Shown piece after piece: positions 26,001 to 38,578 of a stretch of 64,000 bases of DNA. This DNA is from Malacoraja senta (Eukaryota): assembly GCA_038087875.1 (NCBI GenBank), contig CM075999.1:3970001-4034000 (forward strand). Reading direction: 5' to 3'. Made by a program: the position numbers and the translations under genes. How positions within the stretch are numbered: the first letter of the stretch is position 1; each line of letters begins with the position of its first letter. The notes beneath the pieces are model-generated. The model ran no database searches and was not told where the DNA came from. It worked only from the letters and a program-made list of their open reading frames with translations.

Positions 26001-26200
26001 AGTTGAGGCCAGTTCATTGGCTACATTTAAGAGGGAGTTAGATGTGGCCCTTGTGGCTAAAGGGATCAGGGGGTATGGAGAGAAGACAGGTACGGGATAC
26101 TGAGTTGGATGATCAGCCATGATCATATTGAATGGCGGTGCAGGCTCGAAGGGCCGAATGGCCTACTCCTGCACCTATTTTCTATGTATCTGTGTATTTA
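23031..26200 (+). mobile_element. CR1 LINE, 5'-truncated, near-complete decayed ORF2 (APE endonuclease + RT) and 3' UTR
   Basis: LCLNARSIRNK, GITETWL, MGDFN and SDHN endonuclease motifs; NYRPVSLTS, GVPQGSVLGP and KFADDTK RT motifs; stops at 24146, 25450 and ~25474; frameshift/deletion at ~24203. Confidence 0.95.
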
Positions 26201-26660
26201 TGTAAGCTACTCTCATTTACCCACATTTGCTCAATTTTCTTCTCAAACTGTACCTGCCCAAATGTATTTTAAATGTTGTGATAGTCCCTGCCTCATCTAC
26301 CTCCTCTGGCAACTCGTTCTATACATCACCACCCTCTGTGTGCCACAATATTCTTTTACATTTTAGTTTGGGAATAAAGGGAGAGTTTGCTGGGAAATAG
26401 TTCTGGGTTTTTTCCCCAACAATGGGTAAGTTTTCTTCATGTCCATTCTTTTACTTTAAGGTTGATAAACAGCCTTACAAATGCAAAAACCCAACTGGAA
26501 TTTAAGGAACATAAACATAATATTTTCCTGTGTTGAGATCAAGTTATAATCAAATATTATTACAAATGTGGAAAGATATACAGTGCCATTGGTGATGACG
26601 CGGGATACTATTCCTCGGCCTGCAAACTCGTGTTTCACTCTAGGCACAGTGACCTTCAGT

Positions 26661-26742
26661 TTTACCTGTTCATTAACAAGTTATTTATTTTCACTATTGG
26701 CCATGACCCAAGTATACTCAAGGGTGGCACTGAACAGGTTAA
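26661..26742. mobile_element. Second, more decayed copy of the TTAA MITE
   Basis: CACTATTGGCCATGACC-AGTATA-GGCACTGAACAGGTTAA is shared with 8728-8812. Confidence 0.55.
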
Positions 26743-27420
26743 GTTCCCATTGATAAATCAGAGATTCCCAAGATGCCACCGAAACATTTTAATATAAATT
26801 TCACAAACCGTAGACTTTCGAAATCCAAACAATGTAAAATCTTAATTATGGGTAGTTTTGCAGAAGTGTCCTGTAGCCAGTTGACCAGTCAAAGTGCACT
26901 TTATGATTTATTAAAAATGAACTGCAGATGCTGGTTTATATGGTCACACTTTATCATTGCTTTGATTTTAATGCAAGGAACTGGGGAAATTATCATTCGA
27001 TAAGTGAACAATCTGTAATTGACCTAGTTATACTAAATGTAGCACAATTATTGGTAGACAAAAATGCTGGAGAAACTCTTGGAGCAAAAGAAATAAGCAA
27101 CGTTTCGTGTCGAAACGTTTTGACCCGAAACATTGCCTATTTCCTTCGCTCCATAGATGCTGCCTCACCCGCTGAGTTTCTCCTGCATTTTTGTCCACCT
27201 TCAATTTTCCAGCATCTGCAGTTCCTTCTTAAACACGTAGCACAATTATTGTTTGTCTTTTAATGCGTATGTATGTGTACGAATGTATAGTGTATAAAGG
27301 AAGGAACGGTAGAAGCTAGTTTAAACAAAGATAGACATAAAATACTGGAGTAACTCATATGGATTGGCAGCATATATATATAAATATATATATATGTGTG
27401 TGTATATGTGTGTGCGTGTA

Positions 27421-28450
27421 TCTATATTACTAAAAGTCTGATCTTGACCACTTCCTGTTGTTCTGTATATTGATTTTAGAAAAAACGCGGCTGTGATTTT
27501 TGGCCATCTTACTCAGATGTCCCCCTCCGCTGCGCAGGACAAGAGGATTTTTCCCATTGATGAAGCATAAAAGAGTTATTAGGTTTTTAAAAATGTTGAG
27601 ATTCTCTCTCCTGAAGGCCACGCCCCTTCCGGAGGGTCTATTAAACCCGGAAGTGTTGAGTGCCTCAGTCAGTCTCTGCAAGATGGGGGAGCGAGAGGGT
27701 CACGTCTCTCAGTCTGAGCTGTGAATAACACTGAACACATGTCTACTAAACTGTGAGCGGTTTTACTGACCTGTCAATGCCCTTAATGTGGTTTGAAAAT
27801 ATAGTTTAGAAATGCTAAAGCTGTGTTGCCTTTGGTTTGGAAATGCTAAAGCTGTGTTGCCTTTGGTTTGGAAATGCTAAAGCTGTGTTGCCTAATTAAA
27901 GTTGCCTTGCCTAATTAAAGTTGCCTTGCCTAATTAAAGTTGCCTTGCCTAATTAAAGTTGCCTTGCCTAAGTAAAGTTGCCTTGCCTAAGTAAAGTTGC
28001 CTTGCCTTCTATATAATTAAAAGTCTAATCTTGACCACTTCCTGTTTGTGCTTTATATTGATTTTAGAAAATGCTAAACGCTACCACGTACGGCTGTGAT
28101 TTTTGCCCATCTTACTCAGAGTCACCCTCCGCTCATCAGGTGCCGAGGATTTTTCCCATAGATGAAAAATAAAAGAGTTATTAGTGTTTTTAAAATATGA
28201 GATTTTTTCGCCTGTCAATCACGCCATGAAGCCCACGCCCCTTCTGGTGGGAGGGGGAGGAACTATAAAACCCAGAAGTGTGGGCGTGGCTCAGTCTCTG
28301 CAAGATGGAGGAGGGAGAGGTCATGACTCGCTGTCTTTAGTGGCCTTGCACCCTGCTTGAAATGGTATGAAACTGCACTTGAATTTGGTGGCCTTGCACC
28401 CTGCTTGAAGTGGTAAGAAACTGCACTTGAATTTGGTGGCATTGCACGCA
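27421..28450 (+). mobile_element. Helitron-like non-autonomous element, two tandem 5' ends with internal minisatellites
   Basis: A|TCTATATTACTAAAAG at 27421 and TCTATATAATTAAAAG at 28008 start two related ~300 bp blocks; 31, 19 and ~49 bp tandem repeats inside; sits in a (TA/TG)n tract; no CTRR 3' end seen. Confidence 0.6.
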
Positions 28451-29061
28451 TATATATATGTGTGTGTGTATATATGTGTGTGTATATATATATGTGTGTG
28501 TGTGTGTATATATGTGTGAGTGTGTATATATATATATACACACACATTGACATTTGTTTTCCTTGTTTATCATATTGATTTCAGAGTACTATGTTCACAT
28601 ATTCTGTTGTGCCGCTGCAAGTAAGAATTTCATTGTTCTATCTGGGACATAAGACAATAAAACATTTAAATAGTTCAGAAAGTAGCAGGAAGGAGGCAAG
28701 GAGGTCAGATTGTTGCATTGTGCTCCCTGCTTCTATATCTGAGGTTTGGGAATCCCTTGGGGTTGAATGTAATCAGAAAGACCGCTTGGCCTTTGCTGGG
28801 AGATCAGTGGGTTATATGATGAATAAAGACTCACGTTTATGTGAGGTGAACAACATATTTTCCTGGGGAAAATGGACTGAGGAAGTAAATGATTTTTCCC
28901 CTTTCACCATCTGATCGTTAATATGTTTAAAACAATAACAGCTTCTTCAACATATAATTTACATGTTTCGCAGGGTAGTGTTTGTGAAAGTGTTCCATTT
29001 ATTCTTTTAAATCACTTTGTTGAGAAAGAGAAAGACAAGTGTGGTTCATTGCCCCTGCGGT

Positions 29062-29251
29062 TTCTGGTGTGAGTAGTAGCTGTTTTGTACATTTCATTCC
29101 ACTCCTGACTGCTGCCGTTCTTGGGGTTAAATCCCACTCGGTAGCTACCTCATGTAAAGGAGCAGAGGTGCTGAATAAGGGGCCCATGTGCACACACACA
29201 GATCACTGGGCAGCGAAAGAGGCCTCAGAGGAGGAAGGCAAGTCCTTGTGC
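29062..29251 (-). repeat. Right arm of the inverted duplication (partner 22045-22262)
   Basis: Reverse-complement match to 22045-22262. Confidence 0.85.
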
Positions 29252-29699
29252 AAAGATTAATCCACAGCCCTGTGGCCTGTGGTGAGTGCAGAGTGTGAAG
29301 ATATATAATAAAACACCTTTTCCTGGGTGGGGGAAGTGTTAGCTGATGTTTAGTTTAGTTTAGAGATGCAATCTGAAAAGAGGCCCTTCACCCAGCCGTC
29401 CACGCCGACCATCGATTATCAAATCGATATTCAAAGATTATCAAATCATTTAGAACCTTTTGAAAAATATTAACCAGCTACATCAATTGCTGTGTTTCAA
29501 ATGTGCCATTATATTTCTGGTTAAGTCAAATTTTAAAATTGTCACATTTGTAAAAAGGCACAAGAAGCTGCTTCAGGTCAGTAACTGACTGGAAGAGGGA
29601 AGGTTAGCGCTAGTTTGGCAAATCCAGCTGGAAGTATTAACGAGGACTGCAATGATGATTGAAGACACGTAAGAGGAAACATTGGCTGCCGGGAGCAGT

Positions 29700-31200
29700 C
29701 TAATCCCCAGACCTACACTGCCCCCATCCCCCAACTACTCTCCGCTGCATCAACGACTGCTCCTGCACCCATGCTGAACTCACCGATTTCATAATCTTTG
29801 AGACCAACTTCCACCCTGCCTTCAAAATTACCTGGACTATCTCCAATGCTTCTCTCCCCTTTCTTGATCTCTCTGTCTCCATCTCAGGAGCCAAACTATC
29901 CACTGGCATCCACTACAAGCCCACTGACAGCCACAACTGACTGGACTTCATCTCCTTCCATCCTGTCTCATGGGAAGATCTCTCTCTCTCCATGTCTTCT
30001 CCATCTCCACCGTATTGGTTCTCCAGATGAGGCTTTCCCACTCCAGAACATCTGCCATGTCCTCCTTCTTCAGAAGATGGGGTCCCCACCCCCCCCCCCC
30101 ACCCCAGGGTTTCTGCTCCCACATCTGTCCTCACCCAGATCTCCTGCTCACCCCCCCCCCCTCAGAATAGGTACAGAATAGGTACAGAGTTCCCCTGGTC
30201 CTCACCTTTCACCTGACCAGCCTCCACATCCTACACATCATCCTCCGACATTTCCGCCACCTCCATCGTGATCCCATCACCAGTCACATCTTCCCATCTC
30301 CACCCGTTTCCGCCTTCTACAGAGATGGCTCCCTCCACAACACCTTGGTTCACTCAGCCCTTCCCACCTATCTGTCTCCACTCCCCAGGTACTTTCCCCT
30401 GCAACCACAGGAGATGCAACACCTGTCCTTATACCTCCTCCCTTGCCATTGTCCAGGGACCCCAACATTCCTTCCAGGTGAGACAGAGGTTCACCTGCAC
30501 CTCCTCCAACCTCATCTACCACATCGTGTTCCCAGTGTAGCCTCCTGTACATCGGTGACACTACCTGCATGTTGTCTACCATGTCCACCATGGCTATTAG
30601 GAGCTTCTAGTTGCTAGCCATTCCCAAACCCACCTATCTGTGAGACCAAATGTGAAATATGGGGACCGGCACCTCATATTCCGCCCTAGTCTACAACATG
30701 ATGGCATCCACATTGGGTTAGGGATCGGTACCCAACCTCAGGTAACCTGGTCCTTCCATCTACCCACACCCTCTCACATATACCCTTCTTCCCCACTACT
30801 CCCTGCTCCCCCCCCCAATCTGCCCGTCACCACACCCCTTCCCTCGGGCCCCCTCTCTCTGTTCCCATCTGCCCCCGCCTCCCTCGTTTGATCCACCGTA
30901 CTTTCCCATCAGATTCCATCATCTGCAGCCTCTGGTTACCTCCATCATTCACATCCCAGCCTCTGTTGCTAACTCCACCATCCCTCCCCCACTTGACCCC
31001 CTCCATCAATCCCCCCTCCTCACCTTGGTCCCCCTTGCCCCATCCTCTCACCTCTTTATCCTGGGTCTCTCCCCTTCACCGTTTCTGTCCATAGCAAGGA
31101 CAAACGGCATGTCTCTGTTCCACACCATGTCTCCACAGATGCTGCCTGGCTCGCTGAGTTCCTCCAGCACTTTATTGTTCCACATTCCAGTATCTGCATC
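29700..31200 (+). mobile_element. Decayed Penelope-like element (RT to GIY-YIG to 3' repeat)
   Basis: LRCINDC (degenerate RYIDD), PFLDLSVSISG..LSTGIHYKPTDSHN, cysteine linker PGTFPCNHRRCNTCPY, FTCTSSNLIY; many frameshifts. Confidence 0.85.
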
Positions 31201-33855
31201 TCCAAACCTTCAAACCTGTTAAAAGTGCAGGAGGAACTCAGTGGGTCGGGCAGCATCTGCGGCAGGAATGGACAGACGGTGTTTCGGGTAGGAGCCCTTC
31301 TTCAGAGAGGCATCATTCCCTCCACAGATGTTGCCTGATCCTCCACCTAGTTCCTCCAGTACTTTGCATTTTGTTCAAGATTCCAGCATCTGCAGTTCCT
31401 CATATCTCCAAACTGTGTCATATTCGCACCACGGAATGAATCATAATTGTTGTAAACTATTTGCGGCAGGTTCCTATTGTGCATGTTGCTCTACATTTGA
31501 TACACAGGCCTAGCGGTGGGAAGTGAACGCTCTCAGACTTGGTGCAGAGCACAGAATGACTTGTTCTCCCCCTTTGTTACTCTGCAACCATCTCCCTTCT
31601 GGCCACTCATTTACATGCAGATAAAGGAGCAGTATTCATGCTACAATGGGTTCAGGTCCTACAGCAGACCCCCCTCCCCCTCCCTCTCCCCCTCCCCCTG
31701 CACAGACTGGGAGGTGGACAGTGGGAAGGATGGGCTGCTGTTTCACCACCTCCTGAGAGGGGGCCTCACACAAGAGCCAAGTTGTGCTTGATGTTTGAAA
31801 CTCCTGCTGTTGGAGGTTTATTAATGCCACAATCTTGCGTCTTGTTCACTTACATCCACTAGAGATATTACTGAGTCCGGCATGGCTGAAGTTTGGTGAG
31901 TCTGATCAGTTTATGGATTCCTCTGTAAAATCATCGAATCTGTTAGTTGTTTACAACTTATAATGCTATCCGATTCTTCCATGGATGAACAGAACTACAC
32001 CTTTGTACTTGGTTGGAAAGATCAGTAAAGTCACTTTAAAAAACGAGTATAAAACATTTTAGGATCTGTTGCCTGGAGAAAGATATTTGCTGTGTGATTC
32101 TGGTGCGGTTTGCTCAACTAGTCCAGAGTTGCATTCTAATCAATATGTACAGAGAGCCCTTAGCAAACTCCATGGAATCAGGCTGATTGGAAAGGAATGG
32201 GAGAAATGACCAAACTGCTTCTAATATTTTTGACTTCTTGTCAATATGTCAGGTAGATGCAATTCTAGAAATGTCATTCCTGAGTGAGAGAACTCAAAAT
32301 CTCGAAGAATATAATTTAATATTGCTATTTGAAAAATTAATAACTGTGACATAACCACACTGTGACGCCAGTGTTTATGCTGGATGTTGAAATAATAATT
32401 TGTTGTTATGTAGAAGTGTGTTTTGATGCATATTGAGGTAACAATTACCCTGCATTGAACAATGTAATTAGCTTTCCAAAGCCTGAATCTCAAGTCCCTA
32501 TATTCTTGTTCTGAAAAGTGTCTTTACATGAATTCTGGAGAATCAGCTCTTTCCGTTTATTTGGCATCCAATGACAGGAATATTTTGCAAATGCCGCGAA
32601 TGTTTTTGCATCTGCATTGTCAGAGACGATGGGCTAAAGTTGTGTGAACGTTTTCTTGCCTGTGGAGTTCCCCATGCAGTCAGAGTGACTGCAGAATGGC
32701 TGGAACTGGAGGTTCTGAATATCACGGGCAGGGTGCCTGCAATGTTGTCTTTTGTCCCAGTGATGCAGTGCGAGCCACATCCGTGATCACATTTCTTGTC
32801 CTCTGAAAATATCTTCTTCAATCCAGTTTACAATGAAAATAGACACAAAAAGCTGGAGTAACTTGGTGGGACAGGCAGCATCTCTGGAGAGAAGGAATGG
32901 GTGACGTTTCGGGGCGAGACCCTTCTTCTGACTCAATAAGTTTTGTTCTGCATGATTCATTATGATTTCCTGTGATTACTAAGGCCTTTTACATTTTACC
33001 ATTGGTATGTGATGATAGATGGTATCATCACATACGTATTTTATTGACACTCAACCCCATTCCCATTCCAAGCAGAGGCACGAATCTGTTTATGGTCGTG
33101 TTCCCCCAAGTGTGAGCAGAATCATAATATTCTGTTTCTGTCTGAAGAAGAGCCTCGACCTGAAACGTCACCCATTTCTTCTCTCCAGAGATGGTGTCTG
33201 TCCCACTGAGTTACTCCAGCATTTTTGTCTACCTTCGATTTTTCCAGCATCTGCAGTTCTTTCGTAAACAGAATAGAATGCAGATACGTTTCCAATCACA
33301 GTTATCTCAGGAAATATGAACCGTAATAATGTTACTTTAATCTTTGATCTGGCTTGTCTTCTCCTAGCTGCCTTTGTGTCATTTCTCCATGTTTATTCCC
33401 TGTCTCTCTGTGATCTTTCAGTGCTCTGGGATTACAAACACACACATTGAGGCAACACATATTCTGGTGTGGGCAAGGTTTACCAACTTCTCTGTTTCCG
33501 GGATAGGCACAAAGTGCTGGAGTAACTCAGCGGGACAGGCAGCATCTCTGGAGAAAAGGAATGGGTGACGTTTCGGGTCGAGACCCTTCTTCAGACTGAG
33601 AGTCAGGGGAGAGGGAGACTAGAGATATAGAGTGATGTAGAGATATAGAACAAATGAACGAAAGATATGCAAAAAAAAGTGACAACATGTGTGTATCTAC
33701 CGTTACTTTTTGTTCTGTTAAAAGTCACCTCCTCGGCGGGTGAACGAGAAGCCGTTGCATTTCTTTCACGGAATCTTTTACCGATTAAATTTTATTTTAA
33801 CCTTGTTTTGCTCCCCCGCTCCCCCTCCCCCTCCCCCTCTCCCCAAACCAGGTAA

Positions 33856-34098
33856 ACCCTCGCCCCTCACCCATCACCCCTTACCCCTCGCCCCTCATCC
33901 TTCACCCCTCGCTCCTCACTCCTCACCCCTCACCCCTCACCCCTCACCCGTCACCCCTCACCCTTCGCCCCTCACCCCTCACCCCTCACTCCTCACCCAT
34001 CACCCCTTACTCCTCGCCCCTCATCCTTCACCCCTCGCTCCTCACTCCTCACCCCTCACCCCTCACCCCTCGCCCCTCGCCCCTCGCCCCTCGCCCCA
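33856..34098 (+). repeat. (CCCCTCA/CCCCTCG)n 7-mer minisatellite
   Basis: Directly visible tandem array. Confidence 0.9.
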
Positions 34099-34754
34099 CG
34101 AGATTAGTGATACTTCAGACAGACACAAACTGCTGGAGTAACTCAGCGGGGCAGGCAGCATTTTGCGTCGATAGAGATGCTGCCTGTCCCGCTGAGTTAC
34201 TCCAGCATGTTGTGTCCAGCTCCGGTGTAAAGCAGCATCTGCAGTTCCTTGCTACAGCCCGTGGCTCAGCCCACACCAAGGCGGCCACATTCAACAACAA
34301 ACCCTGTCGCCACCCCGCGATGCCCGTTCACTAATCTCCAGTACAGACCCCGCGCTAACATATTTGTGGAGTAATCCCTAACGAGTAACAGCAGACACAA
34401 CCGGAGATATATTTACCCTTATTCCGCGTTTAATTCGTTAACAGCGATTCCAGAAAACCCTCTCATTTCCCCAACGAAATTTCTATTTTTTGTCGAAGCA
34501 ATTAAATTGTATTTACTGTAAATTTGCAACGCTGGATTCTGAATTCGTTGCTGTAAAATTGCAAGGTATCTTAGCTCTGATACAACGGAAATATTTTCCA
34601 GAATAAATCTATAGAAATCAGTTATAGAGAAACATGTGCAGCTTTCGTGCAAGTAACCGAATGGCGGCAAATGTATATTTCTACAAAGCAGGTCGCCTCA
34701 AACATTTACTCAATTTCTTCATTAATTCTTTATTTTGTTCAGTTTTGGTCACCT

Positions 34755-35470
34755 CGCTAAATGAAGGATGCCATTAAGCTGGAAAGGTGCAGAGGGGATT
34801 CGCGTGGATGTTGCCACGACTCGAGGGCCTGAGCTACAGGGAGAGGTTGGGCAAGCTGGGACTTCATTGCTTGGCTGTGGGGTGATTTTATAAAGGTGTA
34901 CAAAATCACGAGGTGAATACATAGGGTGATTTTTGTCTCAGGGAAGGGGAATCAAGAACTAGAGGACAGAGAGGGGAAAGATTTAATAGGAACCTGAGAG
35001 GTAATGTTTTCACATTATTTAGTTAGTTTCGAGATACAGCGCCGAAACAGGCCCTTCGGCCCACCAAGTCTGCGCCAACCAGCGATCCCCGCACACTAAC
35101 ACTTTCCTACACACATTAGGGACAATTTGCAATTTTACCCGTCAAATAACCTACAAACCTGTACGTCTTTGGAGTGTGGAGGAAACCGGAGCACCAGAGA
35201 AAGCAACGCAGTCAGGATGGAACCAGGGTCTCTGCCGCTGCGCCATCGTGCCACCGCCTGGTGGGTATATGGACCGAGCTGCCAGGGGAGGTAGCTGCGG
35301 TAGATACAATGTCAACATTTAAAAGACATTTGGATAGGTACATGGATAGGACAGGGTTAGAGGGATATGGGCCAAATGTGGGCAAGTGGCACTAGTGTAG
35401 ACGAGGCACCTTGGTCGGCATGGACGTGTTGGGCTGAATGGCCTGTTTCCGTGCTGTATGTTTCTGTGAC
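34755..35470 (+). mobile_element. CR1 3' fragment interrupted by a minus-strand V-SINE (~35018-35258)
   Basis: CR1 C-terminal sequence continues on both sides of the SINE. Confidence 0.75.
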
Positions 35471-37039
35471 TCTCATACCCCTGGTGAACGGTTTTGCAAT
35501 CGTTACCGATATCCCTATTTTCACAGTTTCTTATTTGGACTCTAGATTTTTCCACTTTCTCTAATCCATCCATTTCACCTTGACTGAGAAACAGAATCAC
35601 AGAGCTGTGTAACAGGCCCTTCGGCCCACCTTGTCCATGCAAACCAAGTGGCACACTGGGCTAGTGCCAATTGCCTGCATTTGGCCCATATCCCTCTAAA
35701 CCTCTCATTCATATATCCGACCAAATGGCTTTTTGAAAATTGTAATTGTATCCCTGTCCACAGCTCCCCTGGCAGCTCGTTTCAGATACGGACTACCCTC
35801 TGAGTGGAAAAGTTGCCTCATTATTTCACAACAAGAAGGTCAAATGTCTCCCACCGAAAATGTGGAGGAATCAGGATCATGTAATATTTCATAAATTCAC
35901 CTCAAAGAGACGGTGTTATGGAAATATATTTGTTTTGTCATAATTACTGATATTTGAAATCACTGAACAGAGAGAGAGAGTGAGAGAGAGAGAGAGTGAG
36001 AGAGAGAGAGAGAGAGAGAGACGGAATGTGCGTGTAAGAGAGTGAGAGTGTAAGACAGTGTGTGTGTGAGGAGAGTGTGAGAGAAGATGGATTATTTTGA
36101 ACAGCCGTCCAGATTTAGTCGCTGTTCTTTCCCACATCCTTGCCATTTTCCACAAAGGGGTCCCGACCCAAAACGTCACCTATCCATGTTCTCCACAGAT
36201 GCTGCCTGAACCCGCTGAGTTACTCCGGCACTCTGTGACTTTCCTTGCTTCTGGTATCCCCCCCCCCCCATCCCCCCGCTTCTTTTAACAAGCCACTATT
36301 GAGAATGCCCCCACCAGGCAGCACATTCCAAATCCTTAAGGCTTATTGCTTTGAGGCATTAAAAAGCAGTTTAACTTTATAAATTCCTCTTAATATTTAA
36401 GTGTTTTCAATCTCCCATTCCCTTCTTCTGCAATTTTTCACTAAAATCCTGTAAACTGCAATCCCTCTTTCATGGAATCATTCAGTCAATCTCCTTCATA
36501 TCTTTCTCCAAAAACATCGTATCGTCTCTTCCATCCAGTGCCTGCAATTGGACACACGGTCTGGCGGAATCTCTGGGGTTTGCTGGGCTCTCCTTGGTTG
36601 ACTGTGCTAAACAAGCCAGATTGATCGATCGTCTGCCTGTACATTGTGCCTCGCTTCTTAAACTCCATTGATTCGTTGGAACTGATTTTGGCCGCAGAGT
36701 ACTGTGCACAGTTGCTGCTACCCCACGTCTAGCACATGCCGCTAAGCTTGTGTTTCCACCAAAGCTTCTATTTATCAAGCCCACGATTCTTCACGTTTTA
36801 CCCACCAATTTATTCATTTGTAACAGCCTCCGTCTTGCCTCCCCATGAAAATTAAACCACCAGGCTTTGGTTTTCGCTGCTCAGATTTCCTGTCAGAATT
36901 CATGTGCTTACAATTTTCTGAAACTGAATTTCAGCAATCTTTCTACCAAATATTTCCATAGCCTCTTTGGATATTATCAATTGCATTCTGTGGAATCTAA
37001 CTCTGCATAAATCAGCTGGCTTACTTTACAAGAGTATTT

Positions 37040-37580
37040 AGTTTCCATGTGTACCGGCAACGGAAAAATGCAATGCTTCCTTGCTGCACTTTAACCGGCT
37101 CGTAAACACAACACACAGATAAACATGCAGTAATTTATAATACAATAAATAATCAGTAATACTCAATAACCAGACCATAAGTGGAAAACTGAAGTAAGTA
37201 GTGCAGCTAAAACATTGACCATAGAAGTTCACAGTTGCTGAGGTCAGTGTTGTGCAGTGTTCAAGAGTCTGATGGTTGTTGGGAAGAAGCTGTTCTTGAA
37301 CCTGGAGGTCACAGTTTTCAGGCTCCTGTACCTTCTTCCCCATGGTAGCAGCGAGATGATGTGGTTCTCTGATGATATTGGCTGCCTTTTTGAGGCAGTG
37401 CCTCCTGTAGATCCCTTCGATGGTGGGGGGGGGGGGGTCAGTACCTGTGATGGACCGGGCAGTGTGTGGTGGCATCAGTACCCGTGATGGACCGGGCAGT
37501 GTCCACCACTCTCTGTAATCTCCTTCGCTCCTGGGCGTTGGAGTTACTGAACCAGGCCGTGATGCAACCCGTCACTATGT
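37040..37580 (-). mobile_element. Rex1/Babar-type LINE 3' fragment
   Basis: IEGIYRRHCLKKAANIIREPHH, similar to the Rex1-like C-terminus. Confidence 0.7.
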
Positions 37581-38184
37581 ACTTTTTACATTATTAAGTT
37601 ATATTTATGTTAAAAAGCACATGATGTATTTTTTACATAAATATATTATATATATTAACAATAATATAATGCAACGTTTTAACGTTATATTATTTACTTT
37701 CAGTTTTAGTCAGTTTATTGTCCCGTGTACTGAGGTACAGTGAAACGCTTTTTGTTGCGTGCTAACCAGTCAGCGGAAAGACTGTAAATGATTATAATCA
37801 AGCCGTCCAACTGTACAGATACAGGATAAAGGGAATGACGTTTAGTGCAAGATAAAGCCCAGAAAAGCCCAATTAAAGGGAGTCAGATAGTCCGATAGTT
37901 AGGTGCGTTATATAAAAGTGTATACTTTTGGCATTAGAATATCTCAAATACCTGACAAATTGTACACGACGAAGCAGTTTAATTGGCTGTAAAGCATTTG
38001 GGATGTTACCAAAAAGATTGTGAAATGATTGGAATAATTAGAAATGAGATTACAACAGTTTCCGTTGACACTGGATGGAGTTCCCTTCACCGGGGATTCA
38101 GGAAGAGTGGACGGCCAGTTAACATTAACCTGCGCACAGCCCCCACCTCCCCGAAAAATGACCAGAAAATTATTATTATAAGTC

Positions 38185-38578
38185 CATAAGTTCATGAGTT
38201 CTAGGAGCAGAATTAGGCCGTTCAGCCTATTAAGTCTATTCCACCATTAAATCATGGCTGATCTATCTTTCCCTCTCAACCCATTCTCCTGCCTTCTCCC
38301 CATAACCCCCGACACCCATTCTAATCAAGAATCTATCTATCTCTGTCTTAAAAATAGCCAATGAATTGGCCTCCACAGCGTTCTGTGGCGAAGAATTCCA
38401 CAGAGTCACCACCCTCTGACTAAATTCCTCCTCGTCTCCTTTCTAAAGGAATGTCCTTTTATTCTGAGGCTGTGCCCTCTGGTCTTAGACTCCCCCACAG
38501 TGGAAACATCCTCTCCACATCCACTCTATCCAAGCCTTTCACTATTCGGTAAGTTTCAATGAGGTTCCCCCTCATCAT
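38185..38578 (-). mobile_element. CR1 LINE 3' fragment
   Basis: CR1 ORF2 C-terminus and 3' UTR on minus. Confidence 0.8.
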
